The notes under the pieces were generated by a model. It was not told where the DNA came from. It saw nothing but the letters and a program-made list of their open reading frames with translations, and ran no database searches. From the NCBI GenBank assembly GCA_028534125.1, contig CM052818.1, positions 14,696,001 through 14,760,000 on the forward strand: a DNA stretch of 64,000 nt. The letters run 5' to 3'. The position numbers and the translations under genes were made by a program. Positions within the stretch are counted from its first letter, which is position 1. Every line of letters starts with the position of its first letter. Origin of the DNA: Lama glama (taxonomy: Eukaryota). Below are positions 38,600-52,512 of the stretch, piece by piece.

Positions 38600-39555
38600 A
38601 TACTACTTATGTGATTTTTAATGAATGAACAATATTTCATTATATGAATATATTATAATTTATTTAACCACTTCCCTATGACTGAACACTATAATTAATT
38701 ATAATTTTCACCATCAAAAATACCTGTGCTTATATGTAAGTCTAAGTACACCTAATTATTCCCTAGAGTGAAAGGAAAGGGCATGAACACTTTCAAGGTT
38801 TTTGGCTACATACTGCTAGTTTGTCTTCGAGAAATATTTACACCAATTCTTAATACAAACTGCAGTGGCTGAGAGTGGGTGTTTTCCCCTTAAACTTCCC
38901 ACACTGGGTATTATCAATCTTTTTTTCCCCCCTCTTTCAAAATTGAGTTGAATTTCATATAACATGAAATCAACCATTTTACAGTGAGCAATTTAAAACA
39001 TTCACAATGTTGTGCTAGTATTCTTTTTCATCTGCTAATTAGGTGATTGGAAAAAACTTCTTTCTTTAAATTTCCTTAACTACTACGGATATTAAACATT
39101 TTGCATATATTTGGTGATCATTGGCTTTTCTTTTTTGTGAACTACCTGGCTATTTTTTTTTCTATTTGGATTTTTTGGGCCGTGTTTCACGCAAGTATTT
39201 AATGCGTGTTATATTTACAACATACATAATGCAACTATATTGACAACTTACCTTTTGACCATAAATTTTGTTTATGATGTCCCTTGGCATATAAAGTTTT
39301 AATACTTCAAAACCATCCTACATTTCCTTCACATTTTATTTGACGTTCCAGTTATAAGGCCCTCACTAACTCCAAGATTTGTTATCTATACGTTCTTCCT
39401 GTTATTTAATGGTTTCATCTTTTACACTGAATGTTTAATCTAGATAGGATTTATTTGGTAGGAGGGAGGAAACGAACTTATTATTTTTGCAAATAGTTAC
39501 CAATGGTCTCAGCATTGTGTATTAAGCAATCCATCTTGATCATATAGTAATTACA
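38600..39555 (-). mobile_element. Old L1 fragment, antisense
   Basis: T-rich reverse-complement L1 text (tataatttatttaaccacttccctatg; tttttgtgaactacctg). Confidence 0.7.
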
Positions 39556-40055
39556 NNNNNNNNNNNNNNNNNNNNNNNNNNNNNNNNNNNNNNNNNNNNN
39601 NNNNNNNNNNNNNNNNNNNNNNNNNNNNNNNNNNNNNNNNNNNNNNNNNNNNNNNNNNNNNNNNNNNNNNNNNNNNNNNNNNNNNNNNNNNNNNNNNNNN
39701 NNNNNNNNNNNNNNNNNNNNNNNNNNNNNNNNNNNNNNNNNNNNNNNNNNNNNNNNNNNNNNNNNNNNNNNNNNNNNNNNNNNNNNNNNNNNNNNNNNNN
39801 NNNNNNNNNNNNNNNNNNNNNNNNNNNNNNNNNNNNNNNNNNNNNNNNNNNNNNNNNNNNNNNNNNNNNNNNNNNNNNNNNNNNNNNNNNNNNNNNNNNN
39901 NNNNNNNNNNNNNNNNNNNNNNNNNNNNNNNNNNNNNNNNNNNNNNNNNNNNNNNNNNNNNNNNNNNNNNNNNNNNNNNNNNNNNNNNNNNNNNNNNNNN
40001 NNNNNNNNNNNNNNNNNNNNNNNNNNNNNNNNNNNNNNNNNNNNNNNNNNNNNNN
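39556..40055. other. Assembly gap (500 N)
   Basis: Run of N. Confidence 1.
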
Positions 40056-40395
40056 CATAGGCCAAATCTGGCCAGCCATCTGTTTTTGTGCAGCCCACAA
40101 GCAAAAAAAAAAAAAAAAAAAAAAAAAAAGGTTTTAACGTATTAAAATGGTTAGGAAAAATGAAAAGATTAATATTTATAACATGTGAAAGTTACATGAA
40201 ATTCAGATTTCAGTGACCATAAATAAAGTTGTATTGGAACACAGTTTCATTCGTTAGTTCACGTGTCATCTGTGGCTGCATTTATGCTATAATGACAGAG
40301 TTGAGTAATTGTAACTGAGACTAGGAGGCCAGTGAAGCCTAAATCACTTGCTATCTGGTCCTTCACAGAAAAAAAAAAAATTTGCTAAACCCTTC
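40056..40395. mobile_element. MER58-type hAT transposon
   Basis: ggccaaatctggccagccatctgtttttgt...aataaagttgtattggaacacag...tttgctaaaccct. Confidence 0.85.
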
Positions 40396-41284
40396 TCTTG
40401 ACGATGGGATATACCATTAAGCAAGTCAAAATAGAGGCTCAATTCTCATGAGACTTAGGTTCTGGAGGGAGACTGAACAAACACACACACACAGAAATAC
40501 ACAACAGCAGTAAGTGCAATGGAAAATAAGAATGTCATAGGGAGTGACAGATCTACTGACATGGAGGCTGACAAAGTCCTCTCTGAGGAAGTGATATTTG
40601 GGTGGGGATCTGAATGACAAGAAGACAGCCATATGAAGATAGAGACTCCAAGCTTGGAGTACTGGGGAAGCAGAAAGATGGCCAATGGAGCAAGTGCATG
40701 GACAGCGAGGGGACAGTGACAGAAGAGTTTACGTACTCCCTTTGTTTCTTAGAATTGTCAGGGACTGTAAGATAAGAATCTCCCTGGAACTTGGTGACAG
40801 CAGCTGAAGAGTCATTAAGCACTTGGTCAGTGTAAAACAGTGTCAAAGGGCAGACAGGCTGAGAGATTCTACCATCTCCATGAGTTCATACCCCCAGAAG
40901 AGGGTATGAACAAATCACCTGCAAATTCTCCTCTCTCCTCCCACTTTTCATCTCTAAAGTATCTGAGGAAAGATGTGAGCAAACGAGTGGAAATCAAAGT
41001 AACACATAAACCTGGCAAGGTCCATGAGCTACAATCTGGAGACAGAGGAGCTGCCAATTTCCCCCAGCTACTCCCGTGCTCATACTGCTCCTGCTCCAGG
41101 TGTAGAAGTTGACTTATCTCCTCACCATTCACTCACTGTCATGGGTTATACACACTACTGTATGGCTGAAGATCTGGGGAAATGAAGGAAATTTGAACCC
41201 ACGCCATCACTTCGGTGGCTACAAACGTGTTCACAAACAAAAACACGTGATCACCTTGAACAACTTCAGTTCCAAAAGCTTTAC

Positions 41285-41383
41285 TTAAAGTACCCAACTT
41301 TTGTGCTGTCTCTTAGCCAGCATTTGTATGTATTTTTAATGATTATGGTTATATGGGGAATATGAATTTTTAAATCAATATTC
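41285..41383 (-). pseudogene. Relic exon, 99 nt, phase 2>2
   Basis: Acceptor ttctttgcctgtactaatag, donor TAA|GTAAAG. Stop-free: NIDLKIHIPHITIIIKNTYKCWLRDSTKVGYF. Confidence 0.45.
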
Positions 41384-41699
41384 CTATTAGTACAGGCAAA
41401 GAAGTCAGCACCTTTTTAAAGAAAAACAAGCCTCTCAAAAGAGGAGAATGAAAGGTAATTAGAAATGTATTAAGGTTTAAAAAAATGTTTTTAACTTGTT
41501 TCCTAAGAAACCAAAAATAGAACTGACAAGTACAACTTCCAAAGAAGCTTAGATCTACTTACTCTATTATTAAATTTTCCAGTTTAAATTTTTTAGAATC
41601 ACTAATCTAAGGGGTGAAAAAAGCTCTTACATGAAATAAAATTAAATTCCCCAGCTAATTGTGTTTGTGGTTATTCTACTAGTGAACATGGATATTCAC

Positions 41700-41833
41700 G
41701 AACAAAGAAAAGTGCCAGGGTTGCTCTCAAACAGGTTAGTAATGTATTTTGCAACCAACAACACATTGAAATTCTTATGCAGCCACAAATGCCATCATAG
41801 TCTGCTAGATTTGTGCAAATAACTGCCTGGCAG
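41700..41833 (-). pseudogene. Relic exon, 134 nt
   Basis: Acceptor aaatttag after a T-run, donor TTC|GTGAAT. Phase 0>2 gives LPGSYLHKSSRL*WHLWLHKNFNVLLVAKYITNLFESNPGTFLC; another frame is fully open. Confidence 0.4.
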
Positions 41834-43756
41834 CTAAATTTACTTAATTAAAAAAAAATTCAGTCACCAAGAATGAAAACTCTTAGTAGGGAGACAAAAG
41901 TAAACTCATTCTTCTGTAGCATCACCTCTTCCCACTCAGTGTCTTCAGGATGAGGAAGAAACATGTGACTGAAAACTGAGCTCATACATTTATTTTTAAA
42001 GTGTTTCTAAGTAGTTACATGAGATGAAAAAGTCCATATTTGGGGCTGGAGAGAGCAGATGTGCGAGAAGGCCAGCAGAAACTTTGGAAATATGCGATTA
42101 ACACGTGAACCTCGAAAGCCACGTGCTCAGCCTCACGCACTCCCACCATTCCCCCCACGGATAAGCCATAGAAGAGGGCAGTAAAAAGTTAGCTGGAGGA
42201 GAACCCTCCTCCCACCTTTGACTGCCTTCACTATGTTCCATTCCAGGAGCTCCAGGGCTTCAGATAAAAAAGTCAAGAGACCAGGAGTATACAGCACATT
42301 CTCCTTCCTTTTGCCTGTCCCAATCCTAACCTTTCCCTCTCAAAGTCCCTCTTCTAGGTGAAGCCACAAGCACAATCCCTGCTCTCAAGACTCTTCACAG
42401 TCCAGCCAGAGATATGAACATGCTTCCAACCATTTAAGAGGTTGTGTCTACTCTGATTAAATGTTTTAATAAAGTGTAACAGGATTTGGGGATCAAAGTT
42501 TTCCTATTGCCTAGAATTGACAACCAAGTATTATTAAGTATCACCAAATTCTAAAAGGAGAAATGAACAGCTGGAATGACATTCCTCCTTGGAGGCTTCT
42601 TAGGAGGGAAATGAGCAGCTGCACCCCACTCTCAAGTTTTAAAAGAATAAGAGAAGGGGGAGGCAAGTCACGTGCCTGCAAGTGCAGCCTTCTAAGTGCC
42701 ACGTTCTTGGGAAATACACTGTCTTGCTTAGCAGTCAACACATGGTTCTAGGAAGATAAAAACCGACTGCTGATTCATTTAACCAGAAGTCAGGTGTAAC
42801 CATAATGGGAAATGAGAGAAGGAAAGCGTCGTGTAAGTAGTATAAGAGAGTTATGTCTTCATCTATCATAATAGAAAGTCAAGAGATAATGTCTAAAATT
42901 AATTATTTAAGAGACAGCAGTTTGAGTTATCTTAATTTGAAACTGGGAGAAATGCCCAAAGAAATCACTAAAACTGTTATTGAAAAGTGAGATGGGGTGG
43001 GTTGAGAGGTGTGCATTTTTTAAAATATGTTTTTAGCACTTTGAGACTTATTAAACATGTGCAGGTATTATTTTACTTAAATAAAATTCACTTACAAAAA
43101 CAGAAGACTATTTTTATTTAGGAAATAATTGTTGTGGACCTTTCCTGTGTGCCATTTATCAAAAATGTACAAAAATTTAACACTAGTAACATGGATATAG
43201 CTGATAGATTACAACGAGTCTTAAACTCCTAGAGGTTGAAGTTTATTTAGTATTCTAATGTGAGGGCCGAATAAAGGTGAGTATATGTGTATGTCTGTTA
43301 GTAAAGCCCATATATTAGAAACTGAAGTGGGGGTAGGGGGTTCTCATGCACATGCCCTAATGTCACAGAAAGATAAAAACCAGGCAGACCCACCCAACAA
43401 AGTACAGAAGAGTATCATACAGGGACACAAGAACTCATCAACACAGTGGCCATTTGGTGTTGGCACAAATAGCACTACACATGTTGATCGGCCCTGTAAG
43501 AGTCATAGCTGAATTTACAGATAGAAACTGTCAAGTCAGAAACCATTATCACAAGAAGGTTAACTTCTGCTAAAAAGCTTCCAATCTGGGGGGAAAGAAG
43601 GGATGAGTTTAATACAATCTAAAATGGTTTAGGTAATAAAATTCTTCTGTAACATTCCTAACTGGCAATTCAAGCAGCAAAATCAAGTTTTACAAATCTC
43701 AACAGATTTAAAGAAATGGAAACTGGTGCCAAAAATAGAGCTTTGGTTTATCTTAC

Positions 43757-43858
43757 CAGTCTTAAACCTTGGTTGACCATTTTATATGCTATTTAAGTGA
43801 ACACATGCAATACAAATTTTGACTTTATCATCCTTAGCTATCCAGAAAATGGCAATAC
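43757..43858 (-). pseudogene. Relic exon, 102 nt
   Basis: Acceptor aaattttag, donor CTG|GTAAGA. Frame is ambiguous: phase 1 gives (G)IAIFWIAKDDKVKICIACVHLNSI*NGQPRFKT, phase 0 gives VLPFSG*LRMIKSKFVLHVFT*IAYKMVNQGLRL. Confidence 0.55.
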
Positions 43859-44097
43859 CTAAAATTTTATTTCTAATAGTTATAGACACAGCCAGACTAC
43901 AATTAATGTATTATCTGTAATAATCATCCTCTACAGTAGTAGTGTCTTATCCATTTTAATTTTCCCAAGAGATACTTTAAATTCACATTCACAGCTCTTC
44001 CTCTTGATTAACTTCATTGAGGTTCTCTTAAAGTCAAGGATTACATATACATATTTTAAATAACTCAGCAGATGAAAGTAATTGACTTCTACTATAC

Positions 44098-44314
44098 CTG
44101 TCTATTATCCTAGTATAGGTCTAAAATCACATTAATAACTCTTTCCTTGGTAATACCCAATTACTTTTTATGATCCCTACATCACCATTCATTGTTGCTT
44201 TTTTCCTTTATTGCATATTCTGATGTAGCAGATGAGACAGCGGTTTTGTCTGGGACACACATTGATGGAGCCAGGAGGCAATGTGGACATTTTAACAAAA
44301 CGGTTTGGAGAATT
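44098..44314 (-). pseudogene. Relic exon, 217 nt, probably frameshifted
   Basis: Acceptor ...cttggatgtag, donor CAG|GTATAG. Phase-1 reading FSKPFC*NVHIASWLHQCVSQTKPLSHLLHQNMQ*RKKATMNGDVGIIKSNWVLPRKELLM*. Confidence 0.45.
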
Positions 44315-46179
44315 CTACATCCAAGTATAGAAACAATTTTTATTATAAATCACAGTAAAACCAGGGATGCAGAAATGGGATGGAGTCAGGCTCTGGGACT
44401 GCTTGAAGCCCAAGAAAAGGATAAAGATTTCTTTCTTGCACATTAAGTGGTAATTTTTTAAAGTTGGCTTGTTATTTAGAACTTATTAAAATATTCTAGA
44501 CTCACAACAGCCACATCAGTACAGACGGACAAGGAACATTTAGCCATTATCCCGACTCTTAGCTGCCTCCTAACCAACTCTCTTCCCATTGGATTCTTCA
44601 AGACAATCCCAAGTACTATAAGACTATGGACATCATGACGTTTCACCCAAATACTTCAGTACATAGCTTGGAAAAATCAAGACATTTTCCTACATAGTCA
44701 TGGTGTTACTTTAACTTCTAGCAAATTTAGCACTAATTCCTTAATGTTCTTTAATACTCAGGCCATATTCAGATGTCCGCATCAATAACTAAAATGTTAC
44801 ACCTGGTTTGTTCAAATTAGAAAAAAACTGTTTCTGACAGAAATATGGAAAATATTACAACTGTAAAATCGAGATGTAGATGTTTGTTATGCAGTTGCCT
44901 TTTCTATGCATTTGTAAATTTTTATAATACAATGTCCAAAAGAATTACATCGTATCGTTGCAAATATGTCTGCATATGTGAAAGAGGAACTCTCTAAATC
45001 ATGCTACTGAGCCCTGTCCTGTTCGATACTGTCATAATTATTTGGACAATGATACAGAAAGGATGTTTACCGTATTTCTCAGGTGATGAGCTGGGAGGAA
45101 TAATTAATGTGTTAGACAGCTGAATCAAAACCCAAAACCATAATAAGGACGGATCAAGAAATGAGTAGTGATACACTGCATATATTTTTATGGTCAACAA
45201 GAGCTGGAAGCAAAGGTCACAGGTCAAGAGATATAGTAATGAAGAAAGGACTGAAGGATCACCATGTAGCTTTTGTGACAGCTAGATCAAGTGCAATTGT
45301 TGGAAGCATTTTAAAAAATAGGGTGTTTTATTAAGAGGGGCTGCTGTCCTCCCTGACTGTGAGCTGCATAGTCTAGGAACTTTGCTTCAAGTGCACTCCC
45401 AGTAGAGACAGCAAAGAGGGAAGAGAAAAATGTGGCGGCAAAATGTTTCATTTGTGTTACAGGAAGGTAGCTGTGAACACTCTTTTGTACACAGTAGGGT
45501 AAAAATAGTTGAAGCAGTTACTATAGCAACAGCTATGTTATCCACAAAGTTTTATTCTACTACTAATATTATTCAGAAAAGGAAACCCATCTTATAGAAA
45601 TTCTATTTTAACATTGAGACTTATCAGAAACAGGAACCATGGGAAACACATCCCATTCGACATTAAAAACCATGATAACATTACAGATTTAAGACGGATT
45701 TGAAAATGACCCTGAGGCTTGGATTTGGATTCTTTGATCAAGCAGTGTAACAAAAATATGAGTTTTTATCTCTATGGCTCTAAAACAAGAAAATGAGAAC
45801 AGAGCAATACTGAGAATGTTCGATTAGTTTTTAAAAATAATCTCAAACAGTTCCTTTTTTATAAAAAACTAAGACGCTCAAAATTATAAATAAAACAATA
45901 TATGTATGTATAAACCAAAGAGCTCCACCTAGAGTTTGAAAAAGTGTTCTTATTACTTAGCACACACAAATACAAATAACAAAGCACTATTTACACATAT
46001 CTTATCTATACTCTTTGTTGATGTTGAAACTATCTATTTTTATTAAATCTTTATAAAAACAGTTTTTAATGATGCTGTCTATAAGCTATTTTTCTTCTAA
46101 AAATTTGGCAGTAGTATTTGTTACTGTGGATGATTTAGAAGCCATTATCTTAAGGCCAATTATTTAAAGGTTGGGATAG

Positions 46180-46692
46180 TGTTTAAGGCATTGTGGAGAA
46201 GACAGCTTAAAAGATGGATTCTTACCTGTACTTGCTGCAGGCCCTCGAGAAGCTCACCTGCCAGCTCTGAGTTTTCCCATCAGTGAGGGTTAGACAAGAT
46301 CAGTGGTTCTCAGCCCTGACTGCACTTTGGAATCACCTGGGAGCAATAGAAAGAAATTGATGCCTGGGTCCCACCCCCAGGGATTCTGATTTAGTCATTT
46401 TCGTTTGGGGCCCAACCTAGTTGCCATGAAGAAGCTCTCCAGGTGATTCTAATACACAGATGGGCTGCTTCGGATCAGATGATCATCAAGCCCTCTTCCA
46501 CCCTCTTGTCTGTTACCCTAGTAGGTGGTTCTGAAGTTTTAGGTACTTCAGAGTCACCTGGAAGCAAAAACACAGATTGCTGGACCCGCCCCCAGGGCTT
46601 TGATTCTGCAGGGGCCCAGAATTTGCATTTCCAACAAGTTGCCAGTAATACTGATACTCTAGTTCAGGGTCATACTTTGAGAATCACTGTTG
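46180..46692. mobile_element. MIR interrupted or flanked by two MER5-type elements (about 46301-46460 and 46520-46690)
   Basis: cagtggttctcagccctgactgcactttggaatcacctgggag; atttgcatttccaacaagtt...catactttgagaatcactg. Confidence 0.8.
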
Positions 46693-47254
46693 TAGATGGT
46701 GACCTCAGAATTACATTTTCTGAATTCCTCAGATTATTCTTACTCTATGTCAAACCACAGTCCAATATTGTTAATTAGTCTCTCTGACTCCAGTCTCTCT
46801 TCCTCCAGGTCTTAGCCCATACTCCCAACACAGTTAGTATCCTAACCCACTAATTCTGTGCTACTCCCTGGCCTGAAACTTTTCAGTTACCCCCTAGAGC
46901 TAACAGAAGATAAGACAAACACTACATGCAAGGCTTTTCAAGTTTGACCCCAAACTTCCTTTCCCACCTCAATTTCCAATAGTCTCTGTCATTTGCCTAT
47001 GCTCCAGTCTTGTACCCAAACACACCACAAAGGCAATTTCAGCTCAGTTTCTTTGTACCTGATATTCCCTTCTGGAATGTCCCTATTCCGCCTTTTTCTC
47101 TGTGCTGTCACTGTCCATGCTGTGTGCCTGGTACTGTGCTAAGCATTGGGAATTCAAGGAAGAACAGGACAGACAACGACTTCCCTTAAGGGGTCTTGAG
47201 ATGTAGACACTGTTGAGCAGTGAACCCAACACCATTACCCTCCTTCTCCCTCAC

Positions 47255-47793
47255 TGTATCGTATAGATTTTTAAATTTTCTATGTATCATGAGGTTTTGA
47301 CATCTTGAAAAACCTTTCTGGCTAGAGAGAGACTGCCTCTCCTGGGGACTTGCCAATTCTTAGAGATTGCGAAAAGCTCAGCCCTGAGCCTGCCTTTAAA
47401 ATGCCCACTAACCAATCTAGTGTCCCACCTCCTCTATGGGGCTGCGCATCCCAGGAGGTAACAGTCCTCCCCCTTACATGTCCCAGGGCCAGAGGCCAGG
47501 CAACTAGGGACCATCCCTACAGTCCCAAGCCTTCCAGAATATTTCAGACTAGCCAATCCTAAACTGTCCACCTGCCCTGCCTTTCCCACAGACACCCCAA
47601 CAGAAGCTCTGGCCTAAACCTTCCCCTCACTCCCACCTAACTACCCTGGTGTTGTCCCTTGTGACCCTGCATGCATGCCAGGCCTTCTGTCTCTAGGACC
47701 TGTGAGCATAAACCTTTTTTTTCTGAGCCTCAGTGAGGCTACCTCAGAAAGGTGCCTGCACCTAACCAGCCATCTCATTGAAGAACACAGAAC
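47255..47793 (+). mobile_element. MER74-like ERVL LTR
   Basis: ttttgacatctt...gagagactgcctctcctgggg..gccaattcttagagat...ccaatcctaaac; family assigned from recall. Confidence 0.7.
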
Positions 47794-47819
47794 ACTCACC
47801 TTCCTCACCAGTGGCTGGA

Positions 47820-48150
47820 AAAGCCGCTTACAGCTAGAGATGACCAACGGCACACCCCTGGAGTGTGGAGCAGGCTTCTGGGAATGTTTGCTTCCCAGAT
47901 AAGAGGGAACAGACCCAGAGCCACGTCTTCCTCCAGCCTTGAGTGTGGCTGTGATGCTGGAAGTTGGCGTGGTCTGTTTACAACCAGGAGAGAAAGGACA
48001 AGAAAACCGAGACCCAGGCATGGACGAACAGCTGGTGGAGTGGAGCCTCCATGGACCACCCGCCCCTTCGTATGTGAGAACAGACCACTTCCGGCCGCCT
48101 GCTTGGGCCTCTTGCTTTGTACTGTTACTTACAGCTGAAAGCATTCTCTC
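47820..48150 (+). mobile_element. MLT1-type LTR
   Basis: Ends ctgttacttacagctgaaagcattc. Confidence 0.65.
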
Positions 48151-49369
48151 GGGGTAGAGCAGGGGATATTAAACAATTAATTCTTCATAACAGCTGTGCT
48201 AAGTGACTTGAAGAGGCAGAGCCTGTGGTGAGAGGGTTTTAACCGCCTGAGTGGGAACTGGCAGGGCGGGGAATAATCAGAGAGGCCTGGAGATAAAACA
48301 GGCAGAGAAGAGAACTTCTGCAGAAGTCCTAAGGGAGGGAGAGCATGGGGTGGCGAAGGGATGGGAAGACCAGCGAGAGGGAGAGTGGCAGAAGAGGCCA
48401 GAAAGAGAGGCAAGGCCTGGCCTGCGCCCCAGGACAGGAGGGTGCGCCTCCCACCGTGCACCCCAGCTCGGCATGCCCAGGCTCCACCCTCGCACCGCCC
48501 ATCCTGCACTGAATCTCCTGTTTCCCTTCTTTCCCCCAAGGGAGACTCTGGCCTTTTCACAGTACCTTCAGTCATCTTTGTACCTAGCAGAGGGACGAGG
48601 AAAGACACCTACTAAGTATTCACTGAATGAAAAAAGTACCATCATAGGCGATTTTAACCATTAAAAACTATCTCAAAAAGCCATACACCAATAAGGGGAC
48701 TAATTTATGACTGTTTTTGAGGCCCAGGTCTGCAATTGAGTCCCACCAGGCACCCACTTTGCCCTCTTTACATGATTGGATGAGATGTTTGCTCCTTTAG
48801 AAACCTGCTGGGGTTAAAATATTAGGTGACCTTCGATGGGCCTGTCAGCTCTATAATTCCCTGACTTGAGTACTTTTTAAAATCATAAGGAACCTGATGT
48901 TACCACCTCAGCAAAAGAGAGAGACAGAGATAGAAATAGTTCTATTACGCATTGAAATATTATCTATATTTGCCTTTAAGCTGTGAGGTTTTGGGTGATT
49001 TTATTTAATGTCCATTTCTTAAATTTTTATAATTGTCTTGATTCACTTAAATTACCTAGATTGGTACAACTGTCACAAATTACAAAGAACAAAACTTCCT
49101 CTTCCATGAGTCCTTATTTTTCTCAGTATTTATTTGAAAAACACTTTATAAATTTTATAATTAAAAGTGAATCCCCAAGTTTAAATGTAAAATGTACATA
49201 GCCTATTTAACTCACGTCCAGAAATCAATACATCAAAAATACTCAGAAAAGCATACAATTTCAGCATTGTGATGGGGAGGGCAGCAGGGAGCAATATTTT
49301 AATGATCTTAATTGCTGGCACCCAGTGGTAATAAAAAGTGGACTGACTTTAGTTGGTTTTCAGGCTTCC

Positions 49370-51370
49370 TGCACGCCCACCCTTATTGCCTGCACCCAAG
49401 CCTGCATGCTGCTCCCTCCGCTCAGATTCAATGCACTGGCAGCCTCTTCACCACGCAGCTCTCAGCACAGATGTCACCTCCCTGGAAAGCCCTTCTCTGA
49501 CCATCCCATCTAAAGCAAGGGAAGCACTATTCCCTTCAGGGCATTTACTGCTTCATCTGAAAATAGCCAGTGGATTTATTGTTTGTTGTGGGGATCTCTA
49601 CACAAGGGACTGAATGTCATCTTTGGCTCACTGCTGAACCCCAGCATCTGGAATTGTACCTGGCACACAGACTAGGTACCAAATATTAAACCAGTATCGA
49701 ATAAATGAAAAAGATACACATATACATATGCACAAGAATGCTCAGGTAACAAGATTCATAAATAGCAAAAGAAAAACTGTAACAACCTGAATGGCCAGTA
49801 ATAGATGAATGATAAATTATGATTTATCCATACAATGGAATACTCTGCAGTGATCTAAAAGAACATTTACTGCCATGAAAAGATGCTGACAATATACAGC
49901 ACAGTGAAATTTTTAAAAGTTGTGGAATAATATGTGTAGCTTGATCCCATCTTTATAAATGATAAGGAGATAAATGTAATTATATGGGTATATATAGTTG
50001 GGTTTTTTTTAACAATAACAGAATTATACTATACATATTTTAAACATATATGCATGTTTTTATACACATAGGGGAAAAATGTGTAGGAGTATAGTATTAG
50101 AAGGACAGGCAGGGTTTATATCTTACTCCATACAATTCTGTACCATTTTAATTTTTTGAACAACCATGTAAACCTTTTGCAAATTAAAAAAAATTATCAC
50201 ATTTATTTTGTGGTGGGGGTGACTGAGTAGGTTTCAGGTTTTTGGAAATTTGAGATGTATTTTTCAAAAATATCTTATGTTCACATTTTTATATTGTAGA
50301 TTAACATTAAAATATATAAAATAAATACTAAAAAGGATATTTTATTTACAGTATCAACTTTTAAAAAATGAATTAGTCTCTTGACTGCCAAAACTTGGAA
50401 GCAACCAAGATGTCTTTCAACAGTTGACTGGATAAACTAACTGCAATATATCCGTACAATGGACTATTATTCATCAATAAAAAGAAATAAGCCAAACCCA
50501 TAGAATGTACAACACTAAGAGTGAACCTTAAGGTAAACTATGGACTTCAGGTGATTGTGATGTGTCAGTGTAGGTTCATCCCTGGTAAAAAAAAAATACG
50601 CTGCTCTAGTAAATGATGTTGATAACAGGGGAGGCTATGCATGTGTAGGGGGAGGGGTATATGGGAAATCTCCGTACCTTCCTCCCAATTTTATTATAAA
50701 CCTAAAATTGCTCTAAAAATAGCAAAGTTTTTTTTAAAAAAGAAAAGTTAAAAAAGGAAATGTTCTTGTAACTTTATAAACTAAAGCTATAGAATTATCA
50801 TCTAACCAAAATCTGTTTCTTGAAATGAATTCCAAAATCACACACACACACACACAAAGAAATGAATTATCTAGTCACACACACATACACACAAAAGAAT
50901 CTTAAAGGGATATTTCTAAATGAAAGAAGGCCGTCTGCAAAGGCTATATACAGTATGATTCCAGCTACATGACACTCCAGAAGAGGCAAAACTATGGAGA
51001 CAGTACAAACTTCAGTAGTTTTCAGGGGACAGAGGAGAGGAAAGGAGGGATGAATAGATGGAGCACAGAGGATTCTGGGGGCAGTGGAACTAGTATTCTG
51101 TATGACACTGTAATGATGGATACAAGTCATTATATATCTGTCAAAACCCATAGAATGTACAACACAAAGAATGAACCCTAATGTAAACTATGGGCTTTAG
51201 TTAAAACTAGCATATCAATATTGGCTCATCAATTGTATCAAACACATCACACTAATGCAAAATGTTAATAAAAGAGGGAATGGGGGAAGGGAGAGATATA
51301 TGGGAACTGTACTTTCTGCTCAATTTTTTTATAAACTAAAACTGCCCTAAAAATGGTCTACTAATTTTTT
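49370..51370 (+). mobile_element. L2 3' end (about 49370-49710) followed by old L1 3' UTR fragments (L1ME/L1MC-like)
   Basis: tacctggcacacag; aaacccatagaatgtacaaca occurs twice; gtaaactatggactt. Confidence 0.75.
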
Positions 51371-51637
51371 TAAAATTAGTATGACATTATGCATTCATTT
51401 TATTAAATAGGATTACATTACTAAATTCACACATTTAAAATGTAAAATTTAAAGCAAAAGCCATGCATTTAAGTAATTTTAATAAAGATGTTATATTCCA
51501 AAAGAAAATAAATGACCTAGTATTAGAGGTCTAAAACTTGATATTGGAACTCTGACTCTTCTGTAGATATTTTTCATGTTTCTAGCTTTCCATTAGAATA
51601 ATTTATGTCAATTAGGTTACACTAAAATTTTTTTTAC

Positions 51638-51712
51638 AAAATTTCAGCTCCTCAGTGAGTTTCTGTTCTCCTGAAAAATGTCCAAGTCTTCTATTTTTCA
51701 ACAAAACATCCA
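51638..51712 (-). pseudogene. Relic exon, 75 nt, phase 1>1
   Basis: Acceptor tatgttccag, donor TTT|GTAAAA. Stop-free: (V)DVLLKNRRLGHFSGEQKLTEELKF. Confidence 0.45.
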
Positions 51713-52299
51713 CTGGAACATACACACACACATGCATACACAAAAATAGAACATCCAATGGAAATTTTTTAATTGCCCTATTTGTATAAGAAGGACTTTG
51801 AAGAATAAGGTATAAAAATATTAGCAAAGTGCTTTAAGACTCTCAGATGAAAAAGTTAGGAAAAATTAGCAACTCTGGCAACACAGAAATTCATGCCACT
51901 AATGGTCTGTCAGAGAAAAGTTATTTTTACAAATTTTAAATAATTCTGAATCTGACACTACCTAATTATTCATAAAATCCATTGCTTCATTCCAATCCAC
52001 TACATAACAGCTGGAAATTTAAAACAATGGGATTTCATAGTTAAAACAAAATTCTGTTGAAATTTCACATTTCATACAAATGCTGACTATCTGTGGAAGA
52101 CATAAATAAAACCATATTGGTGAATACATCTATTCTATTTCTGACTCTCAAACAATGAACATATTTTAAGCACATATATTTTGTCAACTCTGTACAGAAT
52201 CACAGACTCTGAGTTGGACAGGATCTTTGACGTCACCCATACTAACTATCCAGTGAGTTAGATCTTCTCCAACACCCTTGACTGGACTGTTAACCACAC

Positions 52300-52512
52300 C
52301 AGGGGTCCAAAAACTTTACTATAAAAGGCCAGATGGTAAATAATTCAGGTTCTGTCCCCATCTGGTCTCTGTTGCAAATACTCATCTCTGCCATGATAGC
52401 ACAATGGCAATGGCAGACAACACATGAATAACTGGGCATGGCTGTGCTCCAATAAAACTTTATTTACAAAACAGGAAGTAGGCCAGATGTGGCCGGAAGG
52501 CCATACCCCTGA
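52300..52512. mobile_element. MER58A-like hAT transposon
   Basis: caggggtccaaaaacttt...ggctgtgctccaataaaactttatttacaaaaacagg...acccctg. Confidence 0.85.

Noticed and set aside
46226..46257. Exon-like segment GELLEGLQQVQ with a CAG|GTAAGA donor
   Set aside because: It sits in a degenerate MIR and has no pyrimidine tract.
47641..48664. Pile of overlapping ORFs on both strands
   Set aside because: GC-rich LTR-derived and adjacent DNA with few stop codons; no recognisable protein.
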